NCBI GenBank assembly: GCA_000997385.1
Contig: LCBT01000001.1
Coordinates: 177,493 to 241,492 of the forward strand
Direction: 5' to 3'
Origin: Candidatus Daviesbacteria bacterium GW2011_GWA1_41_61
Lineage (GTDB): Bacteria > Patescibacteriota > Microgenomatia > Daviesbacterales > UBA10151
Length of the DNA stretch: 64,000 nucleotides
Numbering within the stretch: position 1 is the stretch's first letter; every line of letters starts with the position of its first letter. Below the pieces are notes generated by a model. The model ran no database searches, was not told the origin of the DNA, and saw nothing but the letters and a program-made list of their open reading frames with translations. Below are positions 60,602 to 64,000 of the stretch, in pieces. The position numbers were made by a program, and so were the translations under genes.

Positions 60602-60631
60602 CAAGGCCAGGCCTTGCAGGAGTGTCCCTTG
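60602..60631. repeat. REP-like tandem hairpins CAAGGCC-A-GGCCTTG + CAGGAGTGTCCCTTG
   Basis: Perfect 7-bp inverted repeat followed by a degenerate second hairpin; related copy at 61696-61724. Confidence 0.6.
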
Positions 60632-60684
60632 CTTAAATTACTCAACTAAATTGGACGATCGTTTAAAAAATACAAATAATGACG

Positions 60685-60713
60685 TTGATTCTGCTAATGC
60701 ATTCCTCTATAAT
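60685..60713 (+). promoter_or_regulatory. sigma70-type promoter TTGATT-17-TATAAT
   Basis: Lies upstream of ATG 60738. Confidence 0.65.
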
Positions 60714-60737
60714 TGCCCATAATCGTGGAATCTAAAA

Positions 60738-61670
60738 ATGGCTGAACGGAGTATTTTTGATAACCCCATCGCTGAAGAAGCCTATCATAAAAGTGGAAGT
60801 CTGCTTTGGTTAGGTAGTGAAACCAATCCAAACAACTTAACAATTAAATGGCCAATTAAAGACTTTGCGCATGTAACCTCCACATCTGGTGATTTTGCCT
60901 GCTCTTTGCGCCAGCTTTATGAATACCTCAGGATGGCAGAATTTTGGCCTCAAACATCTTTATACTTTTTATCACATAAAACCAATCGGGTATCCGTACT
61001 ATCTTACTTTCAACAGATTGCTGATTCAACCAATAAAAGAGTAGTTGTCTGTGATAATAGCCCTAAAGGCCGATATCAGATATTAAGAACAAGCCTCTTG
61101 TTTACATTAGAACCAGGAGTTACTCTAGACTCCAGATTACAACAAATGCATCAACTTGCTCACCAAGGAGTAGATATACTTTCATTGAGTACTAATGTGC
61201 GCTCTATAGTACTTATTGGTTCATTGGCTGATGGCTTTCTTTATCCGAGTGATATCGATTTAGGAATTGTTGTTCGTAAACCATTAAACGCATTCGGGAA
61301 TAGGGACATACACAATGATGTAGTACAAGTAAGAGCTGGTGATCGATGTTTATCCAAAATACCTTATGGGTGGGAAGGTGAAGTTGCAGGCCATTATATT
61401 GAAACTCCTCTATTGGACCAGCTAGAAAAACTCTTTCTAGATGCAGCTACCAATATCCATGGGGTAATTATTCCTCAAAAACATTATTTCCACCCTACTT
61501 GCTGTGGATGGCATAATAAATGGCTTTCCACTTTTCGCCGAGGGGCTACTATATATCAAGGTCGACCAACATCAGAAGACAAACTACAAGGCATTTACTA
61601 CTCTTTCGCTGGAAAAATTAGTGACATTAAGGGAGAAATTGGGGAGAGGTCACATTGGTTGATTGGCTAA
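60738..61670 (+). CDS. Pol-beta-superfamily nucleotidyltransferase domain protein with uncharacterised N-terminal region
   Basis: SIVLIGSLADG..PSDIDLGIV (GS..DxD motif) in the middle of the protein. Confidence 0.7.
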   Translation: MAERSIFDNPIAEEAYHKSGSLLWLGSETNPNNLTIKWPIKDFAHVTSTSGDFACSLRQLYEYLRMAEFWPQTSLYFLSHKTNRVSVLSYFQQIADSTNKRVVVCDNSPKGRYQILRTSLLFTLEPGVTLDSRLQQMHQLAHQGVDILSLSTNVRSIVLIGSLADGFLYPSDIDLGIVVRKPLNAFGNRDIHNDVVQVRAGDRCLSKIPYGWEGEVAGHYIETPLLDQLEKLFLDAATNIHGVIIPQKHYFHPTCCGWHNKWLSTFRRGATIYQGRPTSEDKLQGIYYSFAGKISDIKGEIGERSHWLIG

Positions 61671-61695
61671 CGGAATTAAATTATTTCTAGCATCG

Positions 61696-61724
61696 AAAGG
61701 CCGAACTTTGCAAGGATATCTCTT
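61696..61724. repeat. Degenerate second copy of the REP-like unit (AAAGGCCGAACTTTGCAAGGATATCTCTT)
   Basis: Aligns by eye with 60602-60630 in the same orientation. Confidence 0.5.
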
Positions 61725-61733
61725 CTCATTTTA

Positions 61734-62927
61734 TTATACTGAAGCTAGCTCTTTTTGATGTTTCCAGGTTACCAAATGGTTAACTGTAAAATTCCACATC
61801 ATCACCGGAGGGATGGTGGCAAAAAAGTATAAGGTATTGTAGGCCAAACGTATGGGCCCAAAGTAGAAAAATCCATCTCCAAACAGTTCATGTAAAAACT
61901 TGACAATCAACACTGCTATAGCTAGACCTCCCAAACTGACTAAGTTATAAAGACCTAATTTTTGCCAGATATTAGTTTTAGTTTTCCTATACCTGAAGGT
62001 CCAAAAATTATTAAATACAAAGTTGTTGATAATGGCAATCTCTGTCGAAAAAGCTTTGGAAGTAGCTGGAGGGAAACCCCCCATGTTGATCAACAGTTTA
62101 TAAAAAATAAAGTCCACCACTGTCCCTGTAACTCCCACCAAAGCAAATTTAATAAAAGTTTTAGCTCTCCTGGTGATCTTAAAAAGAGGCAGGTTAACCC
62201 CCCACTTGTGAAGCCTGACATCCAAAGCATAGGTAATTACATCATAAGTATAATTAAAAACTTTATTCTTTGAATATCCTTCTTCCCGGTTTTTAAACAC
62301 TAAAGGTACTTCTTTATATTTGGCCCCAGCAAGTATAGCTTCATTTAAGAAAGCAGGCTGGACGATGAATGTCTGCTCTTTCCAGGGCAGTCTGTCAAAA
62401 TTTATCTTATTATATAGGTCTGGAGTAAAAGCCCGGGCAGAGTTAGTTACCTCCTGAATATCAGAAGGACCCACCAGTACGCGTGTCACCAAAGAAGCTC
62501 CTAAACTGAAAATTCTTCTTAAAAAAGAAAGCTGATTTTTACCACCCTTAACAAATCTTGAACCTAAAGCCAAAGTGTACCCCTCATTTAAAGCCTTCAA
62601 AAGTCTCGGTAATACATTAGCTTCTACCTGGCCGTCAGCATCAAGTTGGGCCAAAGCATCTGGCTTGAGGTGCTCTAAAGAAAATTTATGTCCTTCTACC
62701 AATCCCACACCTAAACCTTTACCTACACTAAGAGCGTGTATCCTTTGGTCCTTCTTCCCTAATTCTTGAGCCAGTTTAAAAGTCCCATCAGGGGAATTAC
62801 TGTCAACTACTAAAACTTCAAACTTCCAACCAGGAGCATTTTTTTCCTCAGCAAAAACCTCTTTAATAAATTTCTCTAAACTATTTTTCTCATTAAAAGT
62901 AGGGAGTAAAATAACCGCTTTTTTCAT
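61734..62927 (-). CDS. DPM1-like polyprenol monophosphosugar synthase (GT2) fused to a C-terminal GtrA-like domain
   Basis: LPTFNE, VDSNSPDGT, LDADGQ, GSRFVKGG; C-terminal KFALVGVTGTVVD..NNFVFNNFWTF..WNF. Confidence 0.9.
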   Translation of the reverse strand: MKKAVILLPTFNEKNSLEKFIKEVFAEEKNAPGWKFEVLVVDSNSPDGTFKLAQELGKKDQRIHALSVGKGLGVGLVEGHKFSLEHLKPDALAQLDADGQVEANVLPRLLKALNEGYTLALGSRFVKGGKNQLSFLRRIFSLGASLVTRVLVGPSDIQEVTNSARAFTPDLYNKINFDRLPWKEQTFIVQPAFLNEAILAGAKYKEVPLVFKNREEGYSKNKVFNYTYDVITYALDVRLHKWGVNLPLFKITRRAKTFIKFALVGVTGTVVDFIFYKLLINMGGFPPATSKAFSTEIAIINNFVFNNFWTFRYRKTKTNIWQKLGLYNLVSLGGLAIAVLIVKFLHELFGDGFFYFGPIRLAYNTLYFFATIPPVMMWNFTVNHLVTWKHQKELASV

Positions 62928-62936
62928 GATGGATTG

Positions 62937-62965
62937 ATTGTATGAAAATGTCCTCTTTTTTACAA
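62937..62965 (-). promoter_or_regulatory. sigma70-type promoter TTGTAA-17-TACAAT
   Basis: On the minus strand, 9 nt upstream of ATG 62927. Confidence 0.6.
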
Positions 62966-63103
62966 CTAAGAATCAGGAGAAACGGGCCAGATCTGATTGC
63001 ACCATAATGCCCACCAACTATTTATTTGAAGGTGTTTAATATTTCCTATGCAATATAAATTAAACCAGTCTCCCCAGTCAACTACGTTCAGTGTATTTGA
63101 ATT

Positions 63104-63203
63104 TTAAATTTCCAAGACGCACTTTTCACCGATAAAAAATTAAAGGACGCATTCTGGTGCCCCTTCCTCCAGTTGGAATAATGGCTTTCATTTTAAATTT
63201 CAT
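63104..63203 (-). pseudogene. Collapsed remnant of a sugar-1-phosphate nucleotidyltransferase (long-form RmlA-like)
   Basis: Hand translation gives MKFKMKAIIPTGGRGTRMRPLIFYR* (NTP_transferase signature GGxGTRxRP), overlapped in another frame by FFIGEKCVLEI*. Confidence 0.75.
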
Positions 63204-63204
63204 C

Positions 63205-63471
63205 TTAAAAAAGCAGGCCTTGCAAGATTATTAAAGCTAGGGCAGCAATTAAAACATATTCTATTATAATCTCCAAAGTCAAACTTTTATCTTTATGGTG
63301 ATGGACTAAAGCTACTATCACATAAATTATGGCAGCTAAGGTAAAAATCTGAAATTGAATTTGAGGAGAGAAACGGTAGGCAAAGAGGGTAAAGATAAAA
63401 ATCGGCACAGTAAAAAAGATCACGGTCATCAAATCAATTTCCGGTATTTTTAATCTGTTTACTCTTTTCAT
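63205..63471 (-). CDS. Small membrane protein (about 3 TM), hypothetical
   Basis: 88 aa, hydrophobic, HHH..IIIEY; ATGA-coupled to the upstream gene. Confidence 0.75.
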   Translation of the reverse strand: MKRVNRLKIPEIDLMTVIFFTVPIFIFTLFAYRFSPQIQFQIFTLAAIIYVIVALVHHHKDKSLTLEIIIEYVLIAALALIILQGLLF

Positions 63472-64000
63472 CGAAGATAAGTCAGACCTTGCAAAATATC
63501 ACCTGAATTGCTAGCCAAGATGGCAGCTCCGCTGACTGCCAAAAAGCTTAAATGAGCTAAATGATGAGAAGATATTCTAAAAACTCCTCTTCTTCTTAAA
63601 ATAATTAAGTCTAAAAGCAAGAGAATTGAAATTAAGCCCATAAAGATTAGACTAACAGTCTTAGTTAAAGCTACAGGGTCAATTAAGGGTTTATTTAGGG
63701 AAAGGGCGCTTTGAATGTTTGAGCCAGCCACCACCATCTCCCTGTTGGGAACAACCTGAGAGGGCTCTTTAGTTTGGCTGGCCGGACCTACCTCTGCCGG
63801 AGCCATGTCCAGACTGACTTTTTTACCCACTAAATCAGTCTGTGGAGCAGATTGAGGAACTGCTGCTTTAGTGTAAGGAGTGCCAAACATCTGGACTACT
63901 AGGGTAGTTTGCTGCCCCTGCAGTGTTCCATCAACCACGGCAATACCAATCTCTTGATATTTAGAGTTTAGAAGGTTATCCCGATGAGAGGAGGAATTCA
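63468..64000 (-). CDS. CAP/SCP-domain protein with C-terminal TM segments, partial (starts beyond the window end)
   Basis: Frame stays open to 64000: NSSSHRDNLLNSKYQEIGIAVVDG..VVQMFG, the C-terminal motif of a CAP domain. Confidence 0.85.
   Translation of the reverse strand, partial: NSSSHRDNLLNSKYQEIGIAVVDGTLQGQQTTLVVQMFGTPYTKAAVPQSAPQTDLVGKKVSLDMAPAEVGPASQTKEPSQVVPNREMVVAGSNIQSALSLNKPLIDPVALTKTVSLIFMGLISILLLLDLIILRRRGVFRISSHHLAHLSFLAVSGAAILASNSGDILQGLTYLR

Noticed and set aside
1386-62769. Many 60-140 aa ORFs in the track that lie antisense to or out of frame within long genes (e.g. 1386-1607, 8269-8679, 10381-10770, 54113-54541, 61962-62273)
   Set aside because: They overlap well-supported CDSs and have no recognisable motifs, so they are treated as shadow ORFs.
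1-64000. CRISPR array, tRNA/rRNA genes, transposase or integrase
   Set aside because: No regularly spaced repeats, RNA-gene signatures or recombinase motifs found by eye; intergenic gaps are under about 300 bp.

Overview
The window is almost entirely one cell-surface glycosylation locus of about 58 kb, mostly on the minus strand with ATGA/TAATG-coupled genes. I count about 21 GT-C-fold membrane glycosyltransferases (ArnT/PMT-like, PIG-V-like, GT87-like, YfhO-like, PTPS-related), 11 GT2s (five resemble polyprenol-phosphate sugar synthases), 3 GT4s, two Wzx-type flippases, an LPG-synthase-TM-type flippase and a GtrA domain. Gene content, weak Shine-Dalgarno signals and leaderless-type promoters suggest a CPR/Patescibacteria (Microgenomates-like) genome; this is inference. 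Two blocks stand out. (1) At 1-13.4 kb, five tandem radical SAM genes (three Twitch-type paralogs, two cobalamin-binding) plus a SAM methyltransferase sit among a GtrB-like synthase, a GT2, a flippase and GT-Cs, which suggests a radical-tailored glycan pathway. (2) At 58.3-61.7 kb, a MazG-radical SAM fusion, a wHTH-NUDIX gene with a palindromic operator candidate and an orphan nucleotidyltransferase flanked by REP-like repeats interrupt the locus. Smaller signals are an in-frame 39-nt palindrome inside a GT-C gene, a collapsed rmlA-like scar and a hydrolase-like/GT-C fusion. I saw no rRNA, tRNA, CRISPR array or transposase. All family assignments come from motif recognition, not database searches.
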